From Octopus bimaculoides (lineage: Eukaryota), in contig NC_068981.1 in assembly GCF_001194135.2 (NCBI RefSeq), positions 67,318,565 through 67,362,963 of the forward strand: 44,399 bases of DNA, written 5' to 3'. Positions 22,481-34,020 of this stretch are shown here, piece after piece. Numbering within the stretch: position 1 is the stretch's first letter; each line of letters begins with the position of its first letter. The notes below the pieces were generated by a model. That model searched no databases and was not told the origin of the DNA. It saw nothing but the letters and a program-made list of their open reading frames with translations. Made by a program: the position numbers and the translations under genes.

Positions 22481-24689
22481 GTGCAAAACTGAGTATTACC
22501 ATTCGGTTGATAACTGAGGAAGTATTATGGCCCCTCTGTGTCTTATACGTATAAGTTTTTTTGTCTGTCTTTATTTACAATACATTTATATATANNNNNN
22601 NNNNNNNNNNNNNNNNNNNNNNNNNNNNNNNNNNNNNNNNNNNNNNNNNNNNNNNNNNNNNNNNNNNNNNNNNNNNNNNNNNNNNNNNNNNNNNNNNNNN
22701 NNNNNNNNNNNNNNNNNNNNNNNNNNNNNNNNNNNNNNNNNNNNNNNNNNNNNNNNNNNNNNNNNNNNNNNNNNNNNNNNNNNNNNNNNNNNNNNNNNNN
22801 NNNNNNNNNNNNNNNNNNNNNNNNNNNNNNNNNNNNNNNNNNNNNNNNNNNNNNNNNNNNNNNNNNNNNNNNNNNNNNNNNNNNNNNNNNNNNNNNNNNN
22901 NNNNNNNNNNNNNNNNNNNNNNNNNNNNNNNNNNNNNNNNNNNNNNNNNNNNNNNNNNNNNNNNNNNNNNNNNNNNNNNNNNNNNNNNNNNNNNNNNNNN
23001 NNNNNNNNNNNNNNNNNNNNNNNNNNNNNNNNNNNNNNNNNNNNNNNNNNNNNNNNNNNNNNNNNNNNNNNNNNNNNNNNNNNNNNNNNNNNNNNNNNNN
23101 NNNNNNNNNNNNNNNNNNNNNNNNNNNNNNNNNNNNNNNNNNNNNNNNNNNNNNNNNNNNNNNNNNNNNNNNNNNNNNNNNNNNNNNNNNNNNNNNNNNN
23201 NNNNNNNNNNNNNNNNNNNNNNNNNNNNNNNNNNNNNNNNNNNNNNNNNNNNNNNNNNNNNNNNNNNNNNNNNNNNNNNNNNNNNNNNNNNNNNNNNNNN
23301 NNNNNNNNNNNNNNNNNNNNNNNNNNNNNNNNNNNNNNNNNNNNNNNNNNNNNNNNNNNNNNNNNNNNNNNNNNNNNNNNNNNNNNNNNNNNNNNNNNNN
23401 NNNNATATATATATATATATATATATACTCTTTTACTTGTATCAATTATCTGACTGCAATATGTTAATCGAGTGTCATAAAAATGTGAACAAAGTTACCT
23501 TTCTGCAAATAAGTCATGTTTATTTTTAAATGTCATATACACCAGTGGGTGGGAACTGCAGGTGGAAGTGTTTTAAGATTGAGAACACAATGTAGATAAA
23601 ATATCGTGTCCTGTAGGAACATTAATACTGAGCACCGAATGGTCAAATTCTAGGGTACCTTCTGGCGTACTTTCCTTTTTTAGGTGAATTTCTTCTTTAC
23701 TTCTTCACTATTTATTGATTATCTTGCATATGCTTTACGTATTATATATATTCTATAATGTTATGCAAATTCCAGACTCTCTCATAAACGGAGATTACTG
23801 GTTTACTCAGGCATGCCACACATGAAAAGAAGATTTGAAATGGTTTATCGCTGATATCATCATTAAACAATTATGTCTGGTTCACTATTACATAGGCGGT
23901 TTGCGCTGACGGACTGGTCGCTCTTAAATTACCTGTACGGAGTCGTTTCAAGCCACTGCTTGTGTATTTTGGTTCACAAGTTTCTATGAAACGCAGAAGG
24001 AATTTGTTGTACCATCCTTTCCTTCCTTTTGTCATATTTCTTTTGATTAATGTTGCAGCATTCGTCCATTGCGCTATCACCGGCTGCTTCTCTGGCCCCA
24101 CATCCGACACTTAACTAGTTTCTTTCTTTCTCTTCCTTTATTCAAAAATTGTATATTTATGATAAAATTATTCAATACACCCTTTCCTTTTATGTGATTA
24201 TTTACGTGACATGTGACTGATGTTTCTAGCAGATTAAGCGCCTACGTAGTCCTAAGTACACGATCAATTCAATTTAACAACACAGACAAAGAAAAAATTG
24301 AATAGAAGGAGAAAAAAGGTGATGATTACATCAAGAAAGTCATTTCAGCCATTTAAGGAGATACAAAAAAACCTGTTATATTTTATTGTTCGTTTATTTG
24401 TTAATCTATCATGTGATGTCAAAACGTTTCTTTACACATCGACAACCTTGTCACCGAAATAATTGCATTGCATCTGTTAATATGAGATAGCGTGTTTTAT
24501 AAGACGAAGCCGTCTATCAGATACTAGGTGAGCTAAGAAAGCTAGTTAAAAAGGATTACGAAAAAACAAACAATAGACATAGGGAAAAGAAAACTACTGA
24601 TAAAGTGATATCAGAATAAAATGAGTGGTATGTGGTTAGATTTCTGTATATGTCTGCCTGCATAGGCGTTTATGTGTATTTATATGTGT

Positions 24690-24700
24690 ATTTATATGCG

Positions 24701-24775
<75 letters not shown>

Positions 24776-24834
24776 ATACATATATATATATGTATGCGTG
24801 CATGCGTGTGTGTGTATGGGATACGTGGTTGCGT

Positions 24835-24875
<41 letters not shown>

Positions 24876-24876
24876 A
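24690..24876. repeat. compound (CA)n/(TA)n/(TG)n microsatellite
   Basis: Directly visible. Confidence 0.96.
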
Positions 24877-25628
24877 AGGTAACGGTAGAGGGCTCGGATG
24901 TGCTTTTAATGAACAACTATCCAGCTATTAGATTCTCTTGAACAGTTATCGTTCATGCTATATATGAAGCTATTTTCCAGTACGTTTTTAGCAGTTCATT
25001 GTCTCAAGTATGAGGTTGGGTTGCAGATACGCCCTGAATATTAATTATATATTTCGTAACTTAATTCTATAAAAAAAAAATCATGCATTTAATAACAGAT
25101 TATTATGTGAATTTGAATACTATTATTTCGTTTGCAACTTTTATTTTAACTTGATATTGGAGTGTCAAGGGGCAAACGACCCATGATAGAAAAATTAAGA
25201 TCATAGCGTGCAGTAACCAGAGTATTTAGAAGAAATTCACACATCTAAATATTGGAACTGCAGTACATGTAGTGACGAAGAAATCATATGAGTTAAGTTC
25301 CAATTTATATAATAATTATATATGTACCCACTTTTGAAACCTGGCAGAGTTTGACAATATTTAACTACGTCTCCCATTTGAGGTCTTTACTAATGTAATT
25401 TCTGTCACGTACCTAGAGTTTGCAGAACACTCTTGCGTACTTTTATTCCGCACTATTATTTCACAACTTTTCTAATCTTGTCTGGTTCCCGGAATTAGAT
25501 TTTTTTAATATTGTCATGATACATAGCGTTGTGGAGTTTACATTCCACACATATACGTCCCAAATAATATTGTATTAATAGATAAATATATAAATATATA
25601 AGGTATGAATATTTCAAATTTTACAATA

Positions 25629-25717
25629 TCTTACGATCGTTTCATGATTGTATTACCCTTCGAAATGAAATCTACAATTGATAATCATCATTAAGTAATA
25701 CATCCACTCGTCAGAGA
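25629..25717 (-). ncRNA. type I hammerhead ribozyme motif (left arm)
   Basis: Minus: TCT-CTGACGA-GTGGATGTATTAC..loop..GTAATACAATCAT-GAA-ACGATCGT-A-AGA. The core is intact, stem II has 12/13 pairs, stem III is palindromic, the triplet is GUA and stem I is 3 bp. Confidence 0.72.
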
Positions 25718-25975
25718 AAAAGGGAGAATTTCCGTGTAGTCAATCGAATGCAATTTAAAATCATATGATAAAGATGTTTAAAAACGTTACTCGCATAGAT
25801 GTGCATTGGTACAAACTTGGGCTCAAAATTTTGAAGAAATAATATGTGACCCATCCCATTCTCTTCAATATGTGATCCATAAATGCAGAAAATATTGATT
25901 CCATATGTGATCCATCCCATTCTCTTCACTACGTGATCCATAAATGCAGAAAAATATTATTAGGTAATACATCCA

Positions 25976-26063
25976 CTCTGACGAGTGGATGTATTACCTA
26001 ATAATGATTAACAATTTTAGATTTCATTTCGAAGGATAATACAGTCATGAAACGATCGTAAGA
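25976..26063 (+). ncRNA. type I hammerhead ribozyme motif (right arm)
   Basis: CT-CTGACGA (25978-25984)-GTGGATGTATTACC..GGATAATACAGTCAT-GAA (26049-26051)-ACGATCGT-A-AG; core intact, stem I only 2 bp. Confidence 0.62.
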
Positions 26064-26650
26064 TATTTTAAACTTTTTAAATAAACATAATTTATATATT
26101 TATATATTTGTCTATTAATACAATATTATTTGGGACGTATATCTTCTGTGATGATGTTTTGATGTAAATTTCACTGCTCTTACAGTATAAACCTCCTTTA
26201 TTACCTTTATCATCTTTATATTTTCCTTTAAAGATTTTCTGTATTCCCGAGCGTTAAACTAATACATCCTTTTGTTGTTTACACCACCTGTCCTCGTCTG
26301 TTGTTGTTTTTTTCGTAAATTTTCCTATATATATATACACATATATATACACACAATTTTGTTTGTATAATTCATTTAAGAGCATGATTTATAATAGTAG
26401 ACTTTCAGGCATGTTGTGTCGATATGTAAATCTATGTGTATATGTGATGTGCTCTTCGCACCTTATTTCTGTGTATGTGCATATGTCTATCTTGATATGT
26501 GTCCTACCGGTTTTAGAGTTCGGTCCAACTTCAGAAGATAAACTTATTTTGGAATCTGCAGCATGGTGCAATTTCAATTCTCTTGTATAGCTTGTCGTTT
26601 CTTGTGTTGTGTGTGTGTGTGTGTGTGCATGTATGCGTGTATGTGTGTGT

Positions 26651-26681
<31 letters not shown>

Positions 26682-26999
26682 NNNNNNNNNNNNNNNNNNN
26701 NNNNNNNNNNNNNNNNNNNNNNNNNNNNNNNNNNNNNNNNNNNNNNNNNNNNNNNNNNNNNNNNNNNNNNNNNNNNNNNNNNNNNNNNNNNNNNNNNNNN
26801 NNNNNNNNNNNNNNNNNNNNNNNNNNNNNNNNNNNNNNNNNNNNNNNNNNNNNNNNNNNNNNNNNNNNNNNNNNNNNNNNNNNNNNNNNNNNNNNNNNNN
26901 NNNNNNNNNNNNNNNNNNNNNNNNNNNNNNNNNNNNNNATATATATACATACATACATATATATGCTCACACACGCACACACACACACCGACACACATA

Positions 27000-27077
<78 letters not shown>

Positions 27078-27648
27078 TGTACATACACACATATCCATAA
27101 ATATAAATCTTAGGCTATAGATATTAGAGGGAATTTATTTGTTCAGCTCTTATCTATTTTTCTGCAAGACACGTCAAACTACAGTTTGAATGTAATTTCC
27201 TGGCAATATACAGGAATGTTGAATTTCTATTTAAAATCATCCCCTTAATATTTCTTGAAGAACGTAATTATTTCAGTAGCAGTGGCCTTCTTATGATATC
27301 TCTTTATCGTGGCATCTTTGACAATTTAACGTCTTAATCCCATATGAACTAACCTTGTCATATTCTCCGATATAATTACAACATTTAACGTAGACATATT
27401 CCTTATATAATATTCTAATTCAACATGGCAGTCTATTCTGTGGATAATATTTAGGGATCTAGCAATGTTCATTGATTTACATATTTAATCAAAAAGCGTT
27501 AGGCGTATTCGTGAATTCGTCTGCAGGTTATAGTCATTGTATTGCAGTTATGCTATCCTCATACCCGTATAAATATATATATATATATTTTAAGTTTCAG
27601 CTTAGAGCTGCGGCCATGCTGATGCACCACCGTGTTGCTACACTGTTA

Positions 27649-27809
27649 TTACAGGGAGCCTCTTACAATATGTGGCACTTGGTGAAGAATGGAGTTTGAT
27701 TTAGCAACCCTCATTCGCACCTCCTGCCGCGAGGTAGGTTCATCTGGGACTCTCGATAGGAAGAGGTCCAGCTTTGATTTAAAAACTCCTACATCTACTT
27801 TGTGCTGAT
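27649..27809 (-). mobile_element. 3' end of a CR1-like LINE ORF2
   Basis: KVDVGVFKSKLDLFLSRVPDEP...AKSNSILHQ matches the CR1/L2-type C-terminal FK..LD.FL..VPDEP...SNS motif. Confidence 0.75.
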
Positions 27810-28616
27810 NNNNNNNNNNNNNNNNNNNNNNNNNNNNNNNNNNNNNNNNNNNNNNNNNNNNNNNNNNNNNNNNNNNNNNNNNNNNNNNNNNNNNNNNNNN
27901 NNNNNNNNNNNNNNNNNNNNNNNNNNNNNNNNNNNNNNNNNNNNNNNNNNNNNNNNNNNNNNNNNNNNNNNNNNNNNNNNNNNNNNNNNNNNNNNNNNNN
28001 NNNNNNNNNNNNNNNNNNNNNNNNNNNNNNNNNNNNNNNNNNNNNNNNNNNNNNNNNNNNNNNNNNNNNNNNNNNNNNNNNNNNNNNNNNNNNNNNNNNN
28101 NNNNNNNNNNNNNNNNNNNNNNNNNNNNNNNNNNNNNNNNNNNNNNNNNNNNNNNNNNNNNNNNNNNNNNNNNNNNNNNNNNNNNNNNNNNNNNNNNNNN
28201 NNNNNNNNNNNNNNNNNNNNNNNNNNNNNNNNNNNNNNNNNNNNNNNNNNNNNNNNNNNNNNNNNNNNNNNNNNNNNNNNNNNNNNNNNNNNNNNNNNNN
28301 NNNNNNNNNNNNNNNNNNNNNNNNNNNNNNNNNNNNNNNNNNNNNNNNNNNNNNNNNNNNNNNNNNNNNNNNNNNNNNNNNNNNNNNNNNNNNNNNNNNN
28401 NNNNNNNNNNNNNNNNNNNNNNNNNNNNNNNNNNNNNNNNNNNNNNNNNNNNNNNNNNNNNNNNNNNNNNNNNNNNNNNNNNNNNNNNNNNNNNATATAT
28501 ATATATATACATACATATATAAATTTATATAAATAAGGATAAGATCGTTATTTTAAATACCGATCGTATTAGGTGGCTAGTACGGGAATAAAAACCTCAT
28601 AGGTAATACTAATTAT

Positions 28617-28804
28617 TAAAATTATAATTAAGGGTATCTAAGAGATGCCACCATGCTAGATATAGCAGCCAAAACTTGACTCTAAAATGACATTAAGTGT
28701 TTATCAGCACCTGGTGCTGCATACACAATAAATATGGTTTTCGAGTCAAGTTTTGGCTGCTATATCTAGCATGGTGGCATCTCTTAGATACCCTTAATTA
28801 TAAT

Positions 28805-28808
<4 letters not shown>
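28617..28808. repeat. perfect 66-bp inverted repeat (28617-28682 / 28743-28808), 60-nt spacer
   Basis: Base-by-base reverse complement, no mismatch found. Confidence 0.95.
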
Positions 28809-28836
<28 letters not shown>

Positions 28837-28868
28837 AATATATATATATATATACAGTCTGTCATACC

Positions 28869-28912
28869 GGCCATGATGAAATACCACAAGGTATAGAAAA
28901 TACGTATTCGCC
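28869..28912 (+). ncRNA. degenerate minimal type I hammerhead motif
   Basis: GGC-C[A]TGATGA-A-ATACC-ACAA-GGTAT-A-GAA-AATACGTATT-C-GCC. It has a 3-bp stem I, a 5-bp stem II, a 10-bp palindromic stem III and a UUC triplet. Lesions: one extra A in the core and an A.A at the base of stem II. Confidence 0.5.
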
Positions 28913-29542
28913 TTTATATATTTATATATTTAATCCTTTATATTGAACACTCAATATTTCATATATTCAATAAGACATTCAATACTTCATTTCATTGTAC
29001 CATCCATCTTTTTTTTATATTATATATTATATATTCCATATTCTATATCCCACATAAATTTTACAAGAATATAAATAAAAAACATAAAAAACNNNNNNNN
29101 NNNNNNNNNNNNNNNNNNNNNNNNNNNNNNNNNNNNNNNNNNNNNNNNNNNNNNNNNNNNNNNNNNNNNNNNNNNNNNNNNNNNNNNNNNNNNNNNNNNN
29201 NNNNNNNNNNNNNNNNNNNNNNNNNNNNNNNNNNNNNNNNNNNNNNNNNNNNNNNNNNNNNNNNNNNNNNNNNNNNNNNNNNNNNNNNNNNNNNNNNNNN
29301 NNNNNNNNNNNNNNNNNNNNNNNNNNNNNNNNNNNNNNNNNNNNNNNNNNNNNNNNNNNNNNNNNNNNNNNNNNNNNNNNNNNNNNNNNNNNNNNNNNNN
29401 NNNNNNNNNNNNNNNNNNNNNNNNNNNNNNNNNNNNNNNNNNNNNNNNNNNNNNNNNNNNNNNNNNNNNNNNNNNNNNNNNNNNNNNNNNNNNNNNNNNN
29501 NNNNNNNNNNNNNNNNNNNNNNNNNNNNNNNNNNNNNNNNNN

Positions 29543-29583
<41 letters not shown>

Positions 29584-29589
29584 CATACA

Positions 29590-31140
29590 TACATATATAA
29601 TCTCCACATCGTGCGAATGATGTATCGCCCACGGCGGCGCTGGTGGGAATAAAGTTTCAATGCTTTAAGTCGGTCTCAATAATCGAGATCAGTCATGCTC
29701 TTTATTCTTTTAGCCAATGACCGCTGAGGTGATTCCATTTTAGACATGTTTCGTTTTGTATGGGGAGACTAAAGGGGGCAGCGGTATTCGAGGTGTGGCT
29801 GTACAAAGGAGGAGAAAAGAGGAATCATAGCACCCTGTTCTCGGATCCAGGAGCTCATCCTACAAAGCTATATCAACTTTATTATCGGTGTGAGCACTCC
29901 AGCTGACATTGTTATCAACAATCACTCCTAGTTCTCTGATATTATTAGAAGCTGATACTATTAGATGCCCTGAAGGAAGTGAGTATGGCTGTTTCAGCAT
30001 AGTCTTTCTTCCAAAATGTATCAGCTCAAATTTTCCTTCGTTTCAGTTGCATTTTGTTTTTGTCGGCCCATTGACTCACAGCATGTAGATCAGAATGGAG
30101 TTCAGTTCGGTCTTCTTCTCCATTGATAATTTTCTGGGGCTTAGAGTCATCAACGAATATTTTCACTTTTCTGTGTTTTATGATGCTAGAAATGTCAATT
30201 ATATAGACTATAAAGAGGAGCTAGCTCAAGATAGTCCCCTGAGAGACACCTCTGGTGACTTTTGCTGGACCTGAGTGGATTCCACCGATCACAATACTCA
30301 ATCCAGTGTAATAGTTTCCCACGGATTCCAGCATTTGACAATTTTGACTGTAGGATATTATGGTCAACTCTGTCGAACACTTTACTGAAGACAAGATATA
30401 TGACATCAGAGTTCGAATCTCATCCCAAGGCTAAAAGGATATCATCGATAAGAGCTGTGTTGGACAGTCCCTACCGCAGCGAAAGCTATGCTGGTTTGAC
30501 ATTAGGAGATTGAGGCTCTCCAGGAAGCCAGCTATCCTTGATCTCACCACCCTTTCAAACACTTTAATAATATGAGAGGTGAGTGAGATTGGGCGATAGT
30601 TGACTGCGAGGGATCTGTTTCCCTGTTTGAAAACCGGGATGACAAACTGGGATAAGAGCTGTTTCGGTATATTAGCTGAGTCTAAAGAATTTCTCTAGAA
30701 GTTGGTCAGAGGACTGCAAGTTGGTGTCTACATTCCTTCAGGAGACTAGCGGGGTATCTATGAGGGCCCACAACAGAATAGTATTTGATCTTATTTATTG
30801 CTGTTATAATGTCTGAATTGTTAAGGTTATGTCCGAGATTATATTTTAGGAAACGATTTCGTTCACATCACTTGCGTCAATATCAGTGGGATCACTAAAA
30901 GCAGAGCAGTATTGTTTGTGCAGTACTTCTGCTATTCCTTTAGCATCGTTTTACTGAATGTCGTTATCAACAATAAATGGACCAGTTGGTGAGGCGGCCG
31001 TGCTATGCTTATTTGCATATGACTAGAACACTTTTGGGCTCTGTTTGATTATTTTGATAACCCACTATTCTTCTGCAACACTTTGATTTTCAATTCAGAT
31101 TTTCATGTTGGTCTGCAGATGAAGCTCTTCCAACTCCAGC
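29590..31140 (-). mobile_element. CR1-like LINE reverse transcriptase relic
   Basis: KQSPKVF*SYANK, FDRVDHNILQSKL...GIRGKLLHWI, TRGVSQGTILS, KVKIFVDDSK and LKALKLYSHQRRRGRY occur in RT order; probably the same element as 27649-27809. Confidence 0.88.
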
Positions 31141-31799
31141 CTCATGTGAGCAACATGAGACCTACAACAACAACAAATCAAAATAAAACCACACTTCACC
31201 TCCTAAAACCAAACAACGAAGACTGAACTATAGGAAAACCATAACACCAAATAACATAACATAAACAAGGTATCAGCTGACCAAGGGGCAAACCAAAGAG
31301 GCAACTCTTTTTTACTAACTTATTTAGAAAATATGAAGGCCAACCTAAGCCAGGTGATTCAACGAACTATCAGCAGCTGTATATGCAAAGCACATGGAAC
31401 ACCCACCCACCATCGACTAGAACATCACAAACACGTAACTCCATACAAAAGCTTATATTTATTTTCCGATAGTTTTGTGCCCTTCAAATGGTGGTGGTTG
31501 CATTCTGGGTTCAAGCACATCCTTAGTGACACAGAAGTTTCACATAATTTAGCATGGAAGAAGGTGTATCCATTGCCTTTTATGCATCTATATTGAGGAT
31601 GAGGGCCATGGATTCTCTATCTAGGACAGTGAAGGTGAGGGAAGCTTTTCCTATTATACCACACCCACGCACATACACATACACATATAAGGCAAATTAG
31701 AAAAATGGAGAGGATAAACAATCGATAGACATCAGCCAGTAAACATTCAATTATATCTATTTATTAATTGATTACAAACATATGTGTGATTCAAGTAAA

Positions 31800-32300
31800 C
31801 GAATAAATCCCCACTACCTCCAGCACCGACAACACTAGATCACGTAATTGTCACCGTCGTATATAGATGAAGTTTAATCCTTCGGCAAATGGTAGATTAT
31901 GGCCACAGAGTCTCAATCGTTGTAAAACTATCATCACTTTGCCAATGTCTGATTTTCCATCGATGTCAATGTTAGTGCCTAGGTATGAAAAAGAATCGAC
32001 ACATTTGAAATTTTGTCCACCAATGTTGAGGGGTTAAGGGTCATATTCACCGATAAGGCCTCATTCTTTGACAAGTATTGATACGGAGACCAAATCAGGA
32101 GCTGATGTCACAAAGAGCTATTATCTCCCACCTGGTTTCGGAGGTATCACTGATCAGAGCAATGTCTGCAAAATAAAGACCTGTAGTCTGCTATGCCGCC
32201 GGCTAATCCTTAAGGTCCGGTTATTCATGGTCTGTTTCATAATAAATCGACTGCGAACACAAATAAAATTGTTGCTAATGTAAGACAAAGTAGTGTTTAC
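31800..32300 (-). mobile_element. RTE-like RT fragment
   Basis: LYFADIALISD...FGLRINT...GQNFKCVDSFSYLGTNI..IGK and IKLHLYTT correspond to RT motifs 5-7. Confidence 0.7.
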
Positions 32301-32999
32301 GTTTTTGGTTCCTACACACCAACTAAAGTTCAGAGTGAGTGAGCGCATGATATTGATAGACTTTGATAGTGCACCATAGAGTTTGACTCTCAATGGACAT
32401 TTTTTTTTTTTGAAATAGATAAAGTTGACTATGAACAAGTTCTAGAATTTAATTCAACAAATGTTGTGAAGGGCGTGTAGCGCTTCTATCCAAGACTTCC
32501 ATTTTCGAGACACCGCCCAATGATTCAATAATGAAATAAATGTAGATATCATATTAACTTTATGAAAAATACTTTCCCAGTCATCATATAATAACGATTA
32601 TATATAAAAGCAAATTTAATAAAATTTAAAAAGACACTGTCTAACGAGCAGAACGTTCATTCTAAAGTTACGTAATTTTTCTGTAATCTGATGTTATAAA
32701 TTTTTGTAACTGAAATCTTGAAAACAAGAGAGATGATTATCAGAAATAATTGAATTTAAACTGACTTTTTGATCTAACCGTTCAGATAAATTAAATGCTT
32801 TTGAATTTAGATAGCTTGCTAGCAAAAAAGTATGTAGATAAATAAAGAAGCACAACACATGATAGAATTATTGTCTGCCCAGTCGCATTGCACAACAAAA
32901 CACATACATATATACATAGTATATATCCACACACAGACAAATGCGGAACACAGACGTGTGCAAACTTATCCTTCCATAATATCTATCTATCTATCTATA

Positions 33000-33036
<37 letters not shown>

Positions 33037-33061
33037 TTCTACCTATCTGTCTTTCTACCTA

Positions 33062-33246
33062 TCTATCTTTTCACTTGTTTCAGTCATTACACTTTGGCCA
33101 TGTTGGGGCACCACCGTCAAGATATAAATCGAACAACTTGACTCCTCTACTTTTTAAAGTCTGGTACATATTCTGCTAAGTTACAGAGACGTAAATATAC
33201 CAACACCAGTTGTCAAGCGGTGGTGATGGGTAAACACAAAAACAAG
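33062..33246 (-). mobile_element. SINE family B 3' half
   Basis: Reverse complement matches 10870-11084 (CCGCTTGACAACTGGTGTTGG...GGTGCCCCAACATGGCC...TGACTGAAACAAGTGAAAAG). Confidence 0.82.
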
Positions 33247-33519
33247 GACCGTCCATCACACACACATACACATACATATGTTTACACATATAGAATAAAC
33301 ATTGACAGTATAATTTTACTTTATACACGGCCAGCGCTGGACACTTAAGAATTCATTACTTGTATTATTCTGTAATTATTGTTGTAAGCAAATATACCAC
33401 ACAACAAATCTTGAATATAATCTAGAACTTACATCTCACCGCATCTAGATGTTTAGTCAACTTTGACCTCACTACTTACTCACACAATATGTTGTTGTTG
33501 TTGTTTGTTCCTTTGCGAG

Positions 33520-33776
33520 CCATGCCTGGCTCACAAGGCTCATTGGTGTATGGGTTCCCCACCTGGACGGGACGCCGGTCCATTGCAGGTGAGCTGCTAG
33601 ATGCAGGAGGAAAGTGTGAGAGAATGTTGTGGCGAAAGAGTCAGCAGAGATCGCTATTCTGCCAGAGTCGCGTGGAGCTTAGGTATTTCGCTCATAAACA
33701 CACACATCGACAGGTCTGAGTTTCGATCCCTCGACCGCGAGTCCGCTGCTCTAACCACTAGGCCATGTGTCTCCCC
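33520..33776 (-). mobile_element. third tRNA-headed SINE family
   Basis: Minus strand starts GGGGAGACACATGGCCTAGTGGTTAGAGCAGCGGACTCGCGG (A box TGGCCTAGTGG); GCAATGGACCGGCGTCCCGTCCAGG in the body resembles conserved SINE central domains. Confidence 0.75.
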
Positions 33777-33802
33777 CAACCAGGTGCAATATACGTACTT
33801 AC

Positions 33803-34020
33803 AAAGACGGCGAGCTAGCAGAATTGTTAACACACCGGATCAAATGCTTAGCGGCTTTTCGAGCGCCTTTATGTTTTGAGTTCAAATTCGGCCAAGGTCA
33901 CATTTCCTTTCATCCTTTCTGGGACAATGGAATAATTACTAGCTTAAAACTGAGGTCGATGAATTCAACTTAACACTTGCCTCGAAATTCCCGGCCTTGT
34001 GCCACAATTTGAAATCATTA
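33803..34020 (+). mobile_element. diverged SINE family A copy
   Basis: GGCGAGCTAGCAGAATTGTTAAC...GAGTTCAAATTC...TTTCATCCTTTC...GGCCTTGTGCC. Confidence 0.82.

Larger units (their letters stand above)
25551..26142. mobile_element. fold-back element with about 166-bp inverted arms (25551-25716 / 25976-26142), each carrying a hammerhead motif
   Basis: Arms align at roughly 90% by eye and end symmetrically in ATATACGTCCC...GGGACGTATAT. Confidence 0.88.

Noticed and set aside
22514-22555. CTGAGGA next to the Penelope fragments
   Set aside because: No stem II-GAAA follows before the gap.
22527-23529. 300-aa ORFs here and similar ones at 26389-27120, 27649-28536, 29020-29660 and 38100-38944
   Set aside because: They are open only because they run through N gaps and dinucleotide repeats.
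28566-28609. Minus-strand hammerhead-like echo GTATTA-C-CTATGA-GG..CC-CGTAC-TAG..TAATAC
   Set aside because: At least three core lesions (G5 missing, GAAA reads GTAC) and no stem III; too degenerate to call, though it sits beside the 66-bp inverted repeat.
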